A stretch of 64,000 nucleotides of DNA from Candidatus Poribacteria bacterium. GTDB lineage: Bacteria; Poribacteria; WGA-4E; PCPOR2b. The translations under genes were made by a program, and so were the position numbers. This document shows positions 20,852 to 30,433 of this stretch, one piece after another; the stretch's first letter is position 1; every line of letters starts with the position of its first letter. The DNA is taken from contig OZ244587.1 in the NCBI GenBank assembly GCA_965218095.1, forward strand, positions 5,600,001-5,664,000, read 5' to 3'. The notes under the pieces were generated by a model. It was not told where the DNA came from, did not search any database, and saw only the letters and a program-made list of their open reading frames with translations.

Positions 20852-21430
20852 TTGAGTCCTGAAACATTCCAAAAAACGTTCGATGCTTATTTTTGGAAAT
20901 GGTGGATAGTCGTTGGGATTTTATATGTTGTCGCTTTTTCTCTGTACTCGGTCTCAGTTTTGAACAGAACCTTAAACTCAGAACCTCCCTCGTTCGTCCG
21001 TTTGATAGCCAATTTCGCGTCTGGGATGGGCGAAATCGCATTCGGGGTCATCACTATCGGGTTTATCTCAATTGGTGCTTTGACAGTCGGTGTGGTTGCT
21101 ATCGGTGCATGCTCCGTCGGTATTATTGCGTTCGGTGCGTTCTCTGTTGGTATTATTGCGTTTGGCGGCAACTCTCTCGGGGTAATCGCTATCGGGGCAG
21201 GTACAAGTTACGGGATGATCAACATCCGGTCAGCTCCAAGGGGGCGGTTCGACATCGGTAAAGCGGTTGGGATTGTTGCCATCGGTCCTGAAGCCTACGG
21301 TGTCTACACATTATCTTACGCCGGCAAAGGCCGCTATACGTTCTCGCCGGAACACCAAGATGCAGAGGCGGTCGCGTTATTTACACGTCGGCTGCCAAAG
21401 TTCAAGAAAGCGTTTTCTCTCACGTCTTAA
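20852..21430 (+). CDS. Membrane protein with glycine-rich G-x-x-A-x-G repeats
   Basis: N-terminal TM segment and ~10-aa periodic GIIAFGA-type repeats; start codon uncertain. Confidence 0.65.
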   Translation: MSPETFQKTFDAYFWKWWIVVGILYVVAFSLYSVSVLNRTLNSEPPSFVRLIANFASGMGEIAFGVITIGFISIGALTVGVVAIGACSVGIIAFGAFSVGIIAFGGNSLGVIAIGAGTSYGMINIRSAPRGRFDIGKAVGIVAIGPEAYGVYTLSYAGKGRYTFSPEHQDAEAVALFTRRLPKFKKAFSLTS

Positions 21431-21623
21431 GTTAATTGAGGGTGGCTATTCTGTAGGAGAGGTGTCCCCACCTCGTAGATTCGTCGGCAGGGGAAAATCG
21501 AGGCAGGGACGCCTCTCCCACCACGTATCCCCCGAAATCTCTTCTATCCTGATAATCCGTTAATCCTGTAAATCCTGATTCAGACAGTTTCCCCACCGCC
21601 CGAATCCAGCAATGCCCATCCGC

Positions 21624-24600
21624 TCAATCCGCAAGCAGCGCCTGAGTCTTATCTTCGTATTCATATACCCAAGCGCGTCCGGCAATTTCTCCCGCTGTAT
21701 TGATTAGAACGATTTCAGCTCCCCAACCGATAGCGTATCGATCGAAGGTTTCCCCTTCCGCGCCGGCAATATCTATGGACCGATCCAACCCGACTGAGTA
21801 GGACAACGACTCCGCTGCGATGTGTTGTTTAAGGGTTTCGACCGCCGCTGTGGCAGGGCAGATGGCGACACAGACCAACCCTTTGTCTCGATACACCTCC
21901 TGCAGGATATTCAGCAGACGTATCTGTCGAACATGATGGATGTTATTCAAGGTCCAGAAATGCAGGGCAATCGTCTTTCCCTTTAAATCTCTGATGGAGG
22001 TGGGAGAGCCGGACAGCCATTCTGCAATACTCAACTCCGGTGCGGGTTGGTTCACCAAGGTTTTGAAGCGTTCCTCGGCGGACTTGACGTATGACCGCTG
22101 TGCTTCCCGCTCTGCTTGCTGCTTTGGGGTCGGCTCCGGTCTCGCGTCAGCCGGCGTCAGAGCGAAGACCAAATCGCGCTGATTCACCGCTATATCCTTA
22201 AAAGTTTTGCGGTACTTTCTATCACTGACACGGATCGATACAATTGGATCCTTGATGTGCTTCAGTTCAAATTCGCCATGCAGGTTAGTGTGAGTGTAGG
22301 GGTATCGGTAGCCGGAGAAGGGATCTTCTTCGCCTCTTACCCGCACTAACGCCTGTTCAATCGGTTGCCCATTAGCATCCACAACCTTCCCAGCGAGATA
22401 TGCATCCGCCTTGACCAGTACCAAGTTGTGCCGTTGGTTGGTTTTCAAAATATTAAATTCATGTTTCGCGTACCTCGAATCGTCAATATGCAGTGTGAAG
22501 ATGACTGCCATTGAAAGATCATCCAACCGATAATCGCCATTCTCATCGGTGTGTGTTGACCAGTTTTGTGACTGCTGACCTATGCCCAACCGTATACCGC
22601 GAACCGGCTCGCCAGAGGTATCAATGACACGTCCTTCAATGAAAAACTGACCACCCGCCGGCAACAGGACGAGATCTGCGATTTGGGTCATCTCTGTCGT
22701 CGCTGTGAACCGCTCGGTTTCCGCTCTGCGATACCCTTCTAATTCCACAGAGATAGTGTATTCGTCACCAACGATGAGCTCAATCTCAATCTCCCGGAAC
22801 CATCCATCGTCATCTGTCACGGCGACTGTTGTGCCGTATGATGAGTACTGTTGGGGATCCCAACGCATCAGAAGCACGTCTGCGCCGACAACCGGTTCAC
22901 CAGTCTCTGTTAAAATCCGGCCAACCAACTTCAGCCCTCTCGAAAACTGAAAATCAACGACAACGGTTTCGGCTTCGACGACATCTACACGCCTCTGGAT
23001 CTGTCCGATATCGAGGCTCTCAGTCTGTCCGATATCTTGATAGTCCCCCAGTGGGTTGGTGTGGACGAGTGCTCGGCCGGGCGCGGCGTCAAAGTGGTAA
23101 GCACCGGTTTCATCCGTTATGGTATGGTGATTTATCAATGAAGAATTCTCCGGACGGGCAGCATCGTTTAATTTGATAAGGTGATTGGCAACCGGTTCGT
23201 TTGTGTCTTGATCGGTCACCCGCCCAGTGATGAAACCACTCCGAATCAGGGTCAGATCTACGTTAACGGTCTCTCCTTCAGAAACCGTAATGGGTTCTTT
23301 GGCGATAGCTGTCCACCCTTTTGGCCCGTAAGCGAAATAGAGACTGTACGTGCCGGGGGCAATGTTTTTCAGCCGATAATTTCCCCACCAATTAACGCGT
23401 GCTTCTCCCCATCCCTCGGTCGGCTGGATGCCCTGAAACGAGATCGTTCCACTTCTGACCGGCTTGCCGGTCCCTGCATAGCTGACGCGTCCTTCGATCC
23501 TGCCCTCACGCTTCAGTCGGAATTCAAGCCTCTTTGCACTCACCGGCACGTTGTGGCGACTCTCCTTTGCGTATCCCGGTCCTTTGACGTCAAGACTTAT
23601 TGTCGCACCCTGCGGCAATCCAGGAAGCACAAATTTCCCATTCGCATCTGTCTTGACAGGTTGAGGCAAAGCATCATGCGTCAAACTATTTCCGGGGTCC
23701 CCGAGTATAGGATCACCACGGGACACAGATTGAATCTGTGCCTCGGCATTCTGAATCGGCTCACCTGCCTCGTTCATTACTTTGCCAGAGATAATCTCCG
23801 GCATTTCGAGTTGAATCTCAACATCCGCTGTGCTTTGGAACGGAATTTCTTGCCACCAGATTGCGTGATCGGGGTGCGTAACAGCAATATTCAGACGACT
23901 CAACATGTCCTTAGAATCAAAAGGTCTCCAGTCGAGTTTTGAAGGCGAAAGTTCAAAGCGAAATGTCCCCTCCACCCCCGTACGCGTGAAAAAAAAGGGG
24001 CCATAATAGCTGGAGTATCCAGATCTGGCATCTCCTTTAAGTGGATAGAAACTTACGGCATATCGAAGTACGGCAGCCGCTACCGGTGCACCATCGCTGT
24101 CGATGACACGACCGGAAAAGATCATTTTTTCGGATTCGTTCTTTGCTGCTGCTGCGCGTTGCGCGCTGCCGCCATTCCCCGGCGTTGCCTCGCGGGCAGC
24201 CAACTGGCGCCCCTGATCCCCTGAAGCACGGCTAGAACCAGCTAGTGGACGGTTTTCCATATGGACCGGAGAGACCGAGATTGACGAGCGTGTTGAATTG
24301 GTGGTGGGTGCCAACAGTACCACCTCGGTTGGACCCACCCCGACCCGATTCATTGACGGGGCGGTTGGTGAATCGGTCCCATGCCTAGCAATTCCGATTA
24401 ACACACATACTGCCGTGATCAACGAAAATAGGATTTTGCCAATAGCTGTGGCACTCCACGACGACGCCATCGTTGGAGACGGTATATGGTGAATCTGCTC
24501 CATTACTTGCATAAGAAAACCTCCTTTGAGTTTGTGGCTTTTCAAGAATCTGCCATAGCGCTCAGACAGCGCACTCCCAAGTTGCTGACGCGCACGATGC

Positions 24601-25097
24601 AACTTGCCCTTGACGGTGTTCACAGAGACGCCGAGAAATTCTGAGATCTCCTTCAGCGAACAGTTACTCATATAGAACATCGATACCGCCACCCGATTGT
24701 CATCGGGGAGCCCGGAGATCGCCTGCTCTAAATCCACCCGCCAACCTTCTGTGGGGGCGGTGTGCGTGGGTTCAATCCGTAGGGCGTCGTCCGTGGCATC
24801 CTCTAGCACGATTTCGCGCCGACGCGTTTTCGTGACCTTCACCAGCCAGCGTTGGCACTCGTTGGACATGATCGTATAGAGCCAACTTCGGAACCGATGG
24901 GGATGCCGCAGTTGATAGAGATGGCGATATGCCCGTATGAACACCTCCTGCGTGATATCCTGCGCATCTGCTTCATTCCTCACCTTCTGAAAGGCGTAGG
25001 TGTAGACCATGTCCTGGTACTTGTGCACCAACACACCGAACGCGTCTGGATCACCCGCCAGTGTTTCGGACACTAACTTTTCGTCGGTTGAATACAT
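21624..25097 (-). CDS. ECF sigma-70 factor fused via a TM helix to carboxypeptidase-regulatory-like domains and a C-terminal thioredoxin-like fold
   Basis: DAQDITQEVFI and F.SWLY.I (region 2); SLKEIS.FLGVS..TVKG.LHRAR (region 4); TM ILFSLITAVCVLIGIA; repeated GRV.D..G.PV; C-terminal PAPELS...W...DLKGK.IALHFW. Confidence 0.88.
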   Translation of the reverse strand: MYSTDEKLVSETLAGDPDAFGVLVHKYQDMVYTYAFQKVRNEADAQDITQEVFIRAYRHLYQLRHPHRFRSWLYTIMSNECQRWLVKVTKTRRREIVLEDATDDALRIEPTHTAPTEGWRVDLEQAISGLPDDNRVAVSMFYMSNCSLKEISEFLGVSVNTVKGKLHRARQQLGSALSERYGRFLKSHKLKGGFLMQVMEQIHHIPSPTMASSWSATAIGKILFSLITAVCVLIGIARHGTDSPTAPSMNRVGVGPTEVVLLAPTTNSTRSSISVSPVHMENRPLAGSSRASGDQGRQLAAREATPGNGGSAQRAAAAKNESEKMIFSGRVIDSDGAPVAAAVLRYAVSFYPLKGDARSGYSSYYGPFFFTRTGVEGTFRFELSPSKLDWRPFDSKDMLSRLNIAVTHPDHAIWWQEIPFQSTADVEIQLEMPEIISGKVMNEAGEPIQNAEAQIQSVSRGDPILGDPGNSLTHDALPQPVKTDANGKFVLPGLPQGATISLDVKGPGYAKESRHNVPVSAKRLEFRLKREGRIEGRVSYAGTGKPVRSGTISFQGIQPTEGWGEARVNWWGNYRLKNIAPGTYSLYFAYGPKGWTAIAKEPITVSEGETVNVDLTLIRSGFITGRVTDQDTNEPVANHLIKLNDAARPENSSLINHHTITDETGAYHFDAAPGRALVHTNPLGDYQDIGQTESLDIGQIQRRVDVVEAETVVVDFQFSRGLKLVGRILTETGEPVVGADVLLMRWDPQQYSSYGTTVAVTDDDGWFREIEIELIVGDEYTISVELEGYRRAETERFTATTEMTQIADLVLLPAGGQFFIEGRVIDTSGEPVRGIRLGIGQQSQNWSTHTDENGDYRLDDLSMAVIFTLHIDDSRYAKHEFNILKTNQRHNLVLVKADAYLAGKVVDANGQPIEQALVRVRGEEDPFSGYRYPYTHTNLHGEFELKHIKDPIVSIRVSDRKYRKTFKDIAVNQRDLVFALTPADARPEPTPKQQAEREAQRSYVKSAEERFKTLVNQPAPELSIAEWLSGSPTSIRDLKGKTIALHFWTLNNIHHVRQIRLLNILQEVYRDKGLVCVAICPATAAVETLKQHIAAESLSYSVGLDRSIDIAGAEGETFDRYAIGWGAEIVLINTAGEIAGRAWVYEYEDKTQALLAD

Positions 25098-25418
25098 AAC
25101 AACCTTCCCATCCAAAAACGAAAACAACAACAGCCTCTCAATGAGCTAGGCGAAACTATTAACTATTAATTAGACCTACTGAGTGGATTGGAGGTTATGC
25201 CGCAAAGAAAAAAAGATTCGGATGCGCTCCATTTCCAATCGGAAAAATCAATAGTTAAAAACCTAGCTGTTGCGTATTACAATGAAAAGAACGAGTCACC
25301 GAATTTCAGTTGTTCACATTCAGGGATTATGCCGTTGAGTGAAAATGGGTCATAATACCAATTCTGATGAAGAGTCACACATTGTTGAAACGAGCGGGCG
25401 AGCCGGCGAGCAGAAGAA

Positions 25419-25465
25419 GAAAGTGAGCAGGTGTAAAAGTGAGTAGGTGTAAAAGTGAGCAAAAG
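25419..25465. repeat. Short tandem 16-mer repeat (AAAGTGAG(C/T)AGGTGTA); heptamer repeats at 25765-25840
   Basis: Seen directly in the intergenic sequence. Confidence 0.6.
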
Positions 25466-25974
25466 CAGAAGAAGCAACTCCCTGTCTTTGTTTTTTCTCA
25501 CTTTTCCACTTTCCCACCTGCCCATTGTCTCTTCTTCCCTCACTTCCTCATTGTCTCTGCGCTTTCTGTCCGAATGGTGCGACAAAATTATTCAGAAACG
25601 GTATAATTTGAGCATGCATCCACCATAGAAGCCCTTGTTACGACAAGCTAACAACCTCGAGCTTGCCGAAGTCTCAGCCGAATCGCTCAGTAACTCTTGA
25701 GCAGCAGCTTGCGACCCCCACCCCCCCTTTATTTCCCCGCAGGCAGCGGGGGAGCAAGAACGGTCCGTAAACGTCTTTTATGCCGTAAACGTCTTTTATT
25801 ACGTTTCCCGTTTCCCGTTTTACGCTTTACGCTTTACGATCGCCCTTCCTAGGTAGATTGTTGTACATGTCAAAATCTGTAGTCGTGCATTAAGGCCTCG
25901 CTAACTTTTTGGGGTGGTGGTAAAATATCTCATCATTAGAAAAAAGGCAAAGTATCAAAGGAGAATAGCACCAC

Positions 25975-28230
25975 ATGAAGCAGCTTTCGACTCATTTCCT
26001 ATCATTCATATTATTCATATTATTCATCCATCCATGTACTGTGTTTGCACAACAGCCCCCAAATCGCACCGGGGAAATTCATGGTACAGTTTATCGACGA
26101 GGTAGTGGAGGGCGAGTGGCATCCGCGCAGGTTCGCCTCGTCGAAACAGGTCAACACATCATAACCGATCCGAATGGTGAATTTCGATTCCGCAACCTTC
26201 CCGCTGGAAAATATACACTCACCGTATTCGCTTCAGGTTATCGTCTACCGGCGGATGTCGTGGTTACGGTGAAGCCGGAGGAAACGACGCGGCTCAAGAT
26301 TTACCTTGAGCCGGTTGAGTTCCTATTCGACGAGGTCCGCGTGACGGCGCAACGTCTGCCGTCAACCGTTAGCCGACAGAGTTTGGGTGGGCTAGAGATT
26401 AAGCGCGTCCCTGGCACCGCAGGGGATGCCCTTCGCGCCCTGCAAGCGTTGCCGGGTATCGGCGTGGCAAACGATTTTAGCGGTTCACTCTATATTCGCG
26501 GCGGCTCCGAGGAAGACAACCTATACTACTTCGACCGGGTGCCGGTTGGTTACCCCTACCATTTTGGCGGAATTGTCTCGTCCCTGAGTTCCGAAATCAT
26601 TGAGCGAATCGATGTCTACGCTGGCGGCTACGGTGCCGAGTTTGGTGTTGATTCTCAGGCGGTTATTGACATCTATTCGCGGGACAAGAACACTGACGGT
26701 CTCCATGGAAAATTTAATCTGAACCTGCTTTACTCCGAAGGGATGTTTGAGGGGAAAATCGGCAAACGTGGATTCTGGTATGCTGCCGGACGGCGGAGTT
26801 ACCTAGACCTGTTTCTCGGCTCGTTGTCGTTTGATAGTGGACAAATTACCGCCTTTCCCCGGTTCTGGGATTATCAGCTAAAGGGTGGCTATGACCTGAG
26901 TGAAAAACATCAACTCTTTGTCAACTTCTTTGCCTCCGGCGACCGCTTTGCACTCAAACTAGATGGCAAAGACGTGGACGAGGATTTTAGAGGGAACCTT
27001 AGCTTCCAGAGCGGTTTTGAGGGGGCTGGAATTCATCTCCGTTCCCTGCTCACAGACCGACTCACCTCCTTTTTGTCTTTCACCCGTTCGGACACGCAAT
27101 TCGAGTTCAATATCGGCTCTGGGCTTTTTCTGAAAGTTGATGCGCCAGATTACGTGCTCCGCGAGGACCTCACCTACACCTTGATGCCAAAACACCAACT
27201 CGAATCCGGGTTGATACTTGCCCTGGAACCGGGTCAAGTTTCTGGCAACTTCAGCCGTCCGCCTCAAGAGGGTGAAGTGGATTACGACTTTCGGTTTGAA
27301 GAAAAGACAAGACTATCAGAGCAAGTACAGGGACAACGGGTTGAAGTGTATCTACAAGACCGCTATGCTGTGCTCCCATTTTTGTCCGTTGTGGCCGGTT
27401 TGCGGCTCGATTATTTCAACCGGATTGATAAGTTCTCGATCCAACCGCGGGGCAGCCTCCAACTGGAAATTCCAAGCGGCGTGGAACTCCAACTCTCTTA
27501 TGGCCTCTATCATCAGACCCCACAACCGTGGCAGCTCTCTCCTAGCATCGGGAATCCGGCGTTGGGCGCGAGCCGGGCGAGCCACTACATATTGGAGTTG
27601 ACACGCCAACTTTCGCCGGAAACGGAAATCAAATTCGCAGGCTACTACAAGGACCTTGCCAGCCTTGTAACAGTTGACGATAAAGCGTCATATCTCAATC
27701 AAGGGGTCGGCTTCGCGCAGGGGACTGAGGTGTTCCTCCGGCATCGCGCTGGGTCGCGGTTTTTTGGGTGGGTCTCTTACGCGTATGCACTCGCCAAGCG
27801 GCGTGACCGGCCAGGGGCGCCGTATCGCTACTATTCGTTTGATCAGACGCACGTCGCCACCCTGGTAGCGAGTTACAACCCCGCTCCGACTTGGGAGATT
27901 GGGGTGAAATGGCAGTACCGAACCGGAAACCCCTATACCCCAGTGCGGGGCGCAACCGTTCAAACTGACCCGCGCAACGGTAACTTTATCTACGACCCAA
28001 TTTACGAGGAAACAAATTCAGCACGCTTCCCACCCTATCATCGGTTGGATCTGAAGTTCAGCAAAGCGTTTCGATTTGAAAATTGGCAGATGGGTGTTTT
28101 TTTAGAGCTCTTGAACGCCTATAACCGTCAGAATTTGTTGGATTTCAACTACAGCGAGAATTACAAAGAAAAGGACGAAATCTACCAGTTTCCTATCCTC
28201 CCTTACTTAGGCATTACCACCGAGTTTTGA
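25975..28230 (+). CDS. TonB-dependent receptor
   Basis: Signal peptide, N-terminal carboxypeptidase-like domain, IRGGS, AGGYGAEFG, YHRLDL and C-terminal F. Confidence 0.92.
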   Translation: MKQLSTHFLSFILFILFIHPCTVFAQQPPNRTGEIHGTVYRRGSGGRVASAQVRLVETGQHIITDPNGEFRFRNLPAGKYTLTVFASGYRLPADVVVTVKPEETTRLKIYLEPVEFLFDEVRVTAQRLPSTVSRQSLGGLEIKRVPGTAGDALRALQALPGIGVANDFSGSLYIRGGSEEDNLYYFDRVPVGYPYHFGGIVSSLSSEIIERIDVYAGGYGAEFGVDSQAVIDIYSRDKNTDGLHGKFNLNLLYSEGMFEGKIGKRGFWYAAGRRSYLDLFLGSLSFDSGQITAFPRFWDYQLKGGYDLSEKHQLFVNFFASGDRFALKLDGKDVDEDFRGNLSFQSGFEGAGIHLRSLLTDRLTSFLSFTRSDTQFEFNIGSGLFLKVDAPDYVLREDLTYTLMPKHQLESGLILALEPGQVSGNFSRPPQEGEVDYDFRFEEKTRLSEQVQGQRVEVYLQDRYAVLPFLSVVAGLRLDYFNRIDKFSIQPRGSLQLEIPSGVELQLSYGLYHQTPQPWQLSPSIGNPALGASRASHYILELTRQLSPETEIKFAGYYKDLASLVTVDDKASYLNQGVGFAQGTEVFLRHRAGSRFFGWVSYAYALAKRRDRPGAPYRYYSFDQTHVATLVASYNPAPTWEIGVKWQYRTGNPYTPVRGATVQTDPRNGNFIYDPIYEETNSARFPPYHRLDLKFSKAFRFENWQMGVFLELLNAYNRQNLLDFNYSENYKEKDEIYQFPILPYLGITTEF

Positions 28231-28284
28231 CGGTCACTGCCGCACACGCACATGCTTGAGGAAATAGAAGCCTGAAACCTGTTA

Positions 28285-28397
28285 TCTGTCTTTGGACAAA
28301 CCGGCGAGATTCACGGCACCGTCTATCGCAAAGGCTCCGACGAAAGGGTGCCAAACGCCGATGTCCATCTTGTTGAAACAGGGCAGCAACAGGTAAC
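28285..28397 (+). pseudogene. Relic N-terminus of a paralogous TonB-dependent receptor
   Basis: Translates to SVFGQTGEIHGTVYRKGSDERVPNADVHLVETGQQQVT, versus TGEIHGTVYRRGSGGRVASAQVRLVETGQHIIT in 25975..28230. Confidence 0.75.
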
Positions 28398-28398
28398 A

Positions 28399-28648
28399 AA
28401 GGCAAAACCTTTTCGCCAATCAGCCAGATGAACATTTGGGCTTTTTGATTGACCGCTCCATCAATCGGGTATGCGTAAAAGCGGCGCGATCAGCGTCTGC
28501 CCGCTCGAACTCCGTCACACCTCAACGGGTAAATCGTAGACCGCCTCCAACTGCTGCCGCGTCAATACCACCTGTGGTGTTCCAACGGCGACCGTTTTGC
28601 ACGCGGTTTGCCTCCGCTCCCCGATCGGCGTCGGGGACATGCTTGATA
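28399..28648 (-). pseudogene. Collapsed hmuU-hmuV relic (hmuU 5' end joined to hmuV 3' end)
   Basis: 28595-28648 matches 31417-31467, and 28530-28598 matches 29730-29797. Confidence 0.8.
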
Positions 28649-28732
28649 GTCGTTACGTGGTGTGTTATACTTTCAGTCGAAAGCAGAAGGATGATTCTCC
28701 TAAACAACTATCTTAAAATAATGGAGGAAATC

Positions 28733-29350
28733 ATGTCATCCGTCGCTGTACAATCCCACCTGACACCAGAGGAGTACCTCGCTTTGGACCGCAAGGCGAC
28801 AACCAAAAGCGAATATCTCAACGGTCAGATTTACGCATGGTTGGCGTCAATTATTCTCACATTCACTCTTCTTATTGTATCTTCGTGCGGCTATAATGGC
28901 CCATTTCAACCAGTTAGTGGAGTAGAAAAAGAACGAATAAAGACGGAGTTGAAAGATCGGTCATTCCGTCAATTTGATCCTGACAAAGACGCGAGTCCGA
29001 GAAAAGGAGTTGTTCTGAGTTTCTTTGGGGGAATTAGTCTCTGGGCACAATATTCCGAAGGCCGTCAAGCGATTAACGAGTGGGAGATTTCCGCAAAAGA
29101 TTATCGTGTTGAAAAGGCGGGCGATGATTCGGAAATCAAAATTTATTTCAACGAACTGAGCTCGGCAGGAATACTTCCTACTCAGTGTAAAAATTGTATT
29201 CAAACTTCGGGATTCTCTATTTCAATCAGGGATGTTTTCGATAGCGAAAAGATATCCTTCAAGCTGAATAATCCTGATAACAGTTTGCCCTCACCGTTTC
29301 CTGTATTTAAATCGTGGACAAAATTTAAGGAGGATGAAATTTTCGATTAA
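28733..29350 (+). CDS. Chimeric ORF: Uma2 N-terminus fused in frame to an AT-rich putative lipoprotein
   Basis: RBS GGAGG precedes ATG 28733. Sequence MSSVAVQSHLTPEEYL...KSEYLNGQIYA is followed by a hydrophobic stretch ending LIVSSC. Confidence 0.6.
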   Translation: MSSVAVQSHLTPEEYLALDRKATTKSEYLNGQIYAWLASIILTFTLLIVSSCGYNGPFQPVSGVEKERIKTELKDRSFRQFDPDKDASPRKGVVLSFFGGISLWAQYSEGRQAINEWEISAKDYRVEKAGDDSEIKIYFNELSSAGILPTQCKNCIQTSGFSISIRDVFDSEKISFKLNNPDNSLPSPFPVFKSWTKFKEDEIFD

Positions 29351-29363
29351 ATTGCCCAACTTT

Positions 29364-29665
29364 CACCTGACGCCGGAGGAGCACCTCGATTCGGAACACA
29401 AGGCGACGACCAAAAGCGAATATCTCGACCGTCAGATTTACGCGATGTCCGGTGCGAGTCGGAAGCATAATCTCATCGGAGGTAATATATTCGGTGGGCC
29501 TCATGTCCAAGTGAGGGATCGGGCTTGTGAAGTCTACGCCAACGACATGCGCGTGCAGGTCACCCCGATAGGGCTATACGCCTACCCGGATGTTGTTGTC
29601 TGTGATGAACCACGCTTCGAGGACACCAGCTTTGATACACTCCTCAATCCGCCGGTTCTTGATGT
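29364..29665 (+). pseudogene. Uma2 (DUF820) endonuclease fragment
   Basis: KSEYL..QIYAMSGAS..HNLI, CEVYANDMRV, YPDVVVC and TLLNP motifs; truncated where it meets hmuV. Confidence 0.8.
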
Positions 29666-30433
29666 GGAACCGGAAGAAAGAGGCACGACAACCAGTCGGC
29701 CGCTCGAATGTTGCATCACTTCAAAAGGCAAATCGTAGACCGCCTCCAACTGTTGCGGCGTAAAAATGAGTGTGGGTGTTCCAACGGCGACACGGTTTCC
29801 GTCACGCAACATAAGAACCTGCTCGGCATACATTGATGCTAGATTCAGGTCGTGAATCGCGGCAATGACCGTTTTTCCTGACTGTGCGATTGACCGGCAC
29901 AAACGGAGCATCTGGACCTGATGGCGAGGGTCAAGATGATTCGTCGGTTCGTCCAACAAAAACAGTCCCGGTTCTTGTGCGAGGATACGGGCAAGATCAA
30001 TGCGAGAAGCTTCCCCGCCCGATAGCGTCGGATAAAGGCGTTCAGAGAACATCTCGGCTTCCATCTGTTTCATCGCCTGCCGCGCAATTGCTAAATCCGC
30101 GGATGTCTCTTTCGCGCCGTTGAGGTGCGGATAGCGTCCGAGCAGGACAATCTCCAGTGCCCGGAATGGGAAGTTGACATCGCGTTTCTGTTGAAGATAG
30201 GCACGTTTTCGCGCTAATTCTTGTGGCGCGTATTCACCGATCGATTCACCAAAAAACCGGATTCGCCCGGTTGTCGGCGACAGTTCGCCGGAGATGAGGC
30301 GTAAAAGCGTTGATTTGCCCGCGCCGTTTGGTCCGATGAAGATCCAAAACTGACCGGCTTCGATTGTCAGGTCAATGTCGCGGACGAGCCACTTCTGGCC
30401 GATGCGATAACCGACCCGTTCCAGTTCAACCAT
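29582..30433 (-). CDS. hmuV: Heme ABC transporter ATP-binding protein
   Basis: GPNGAGKST, LSGGE, LLDEPT..LD..HQ and HDLNLA motifs. The C-terminus reads on into antisense Uma2 DNA. Confidence 0.9.
   Translation of the reverse strand: MVELERVGYRIGQKWLVRDIDLTIEAGQFWIFIGPNGAGKSTLLRLISGELSPTTGRIRFFGESIGEYAPQELARKRAYLQQKRDVNFPFRALEIVLLGRYPHLNGAKETSADLAIARQAMKQMEAEMFSERLYPTLSGGEASRIDLARILAQEPGLFLLDEPTNHLDPRHQVQMLRLCRSIAQSGKTVIAAIHDLNLASMYAEQVLMLRDGNRVAVGTPTLIFTPQQLEAVYDLPFEVMQHSSGRLVVVPLSSGSTSRTGGLRSVSKLVSSKRGSSQTTTSG

Noticed and set aside
25419-25840. Short tandem repeats as iterons or a replication origin
   Set aside because: There are only 2-3 imperfect copies, no rep gene and no DnaA-box cluster; they resemble ordinary short intergenic repeats.
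28436-28732. N-terminal extension of the 304-aa ORF
   Set aside because: It runs through antisense hmuUV relic DNA; the RBS-supported start is 28733.
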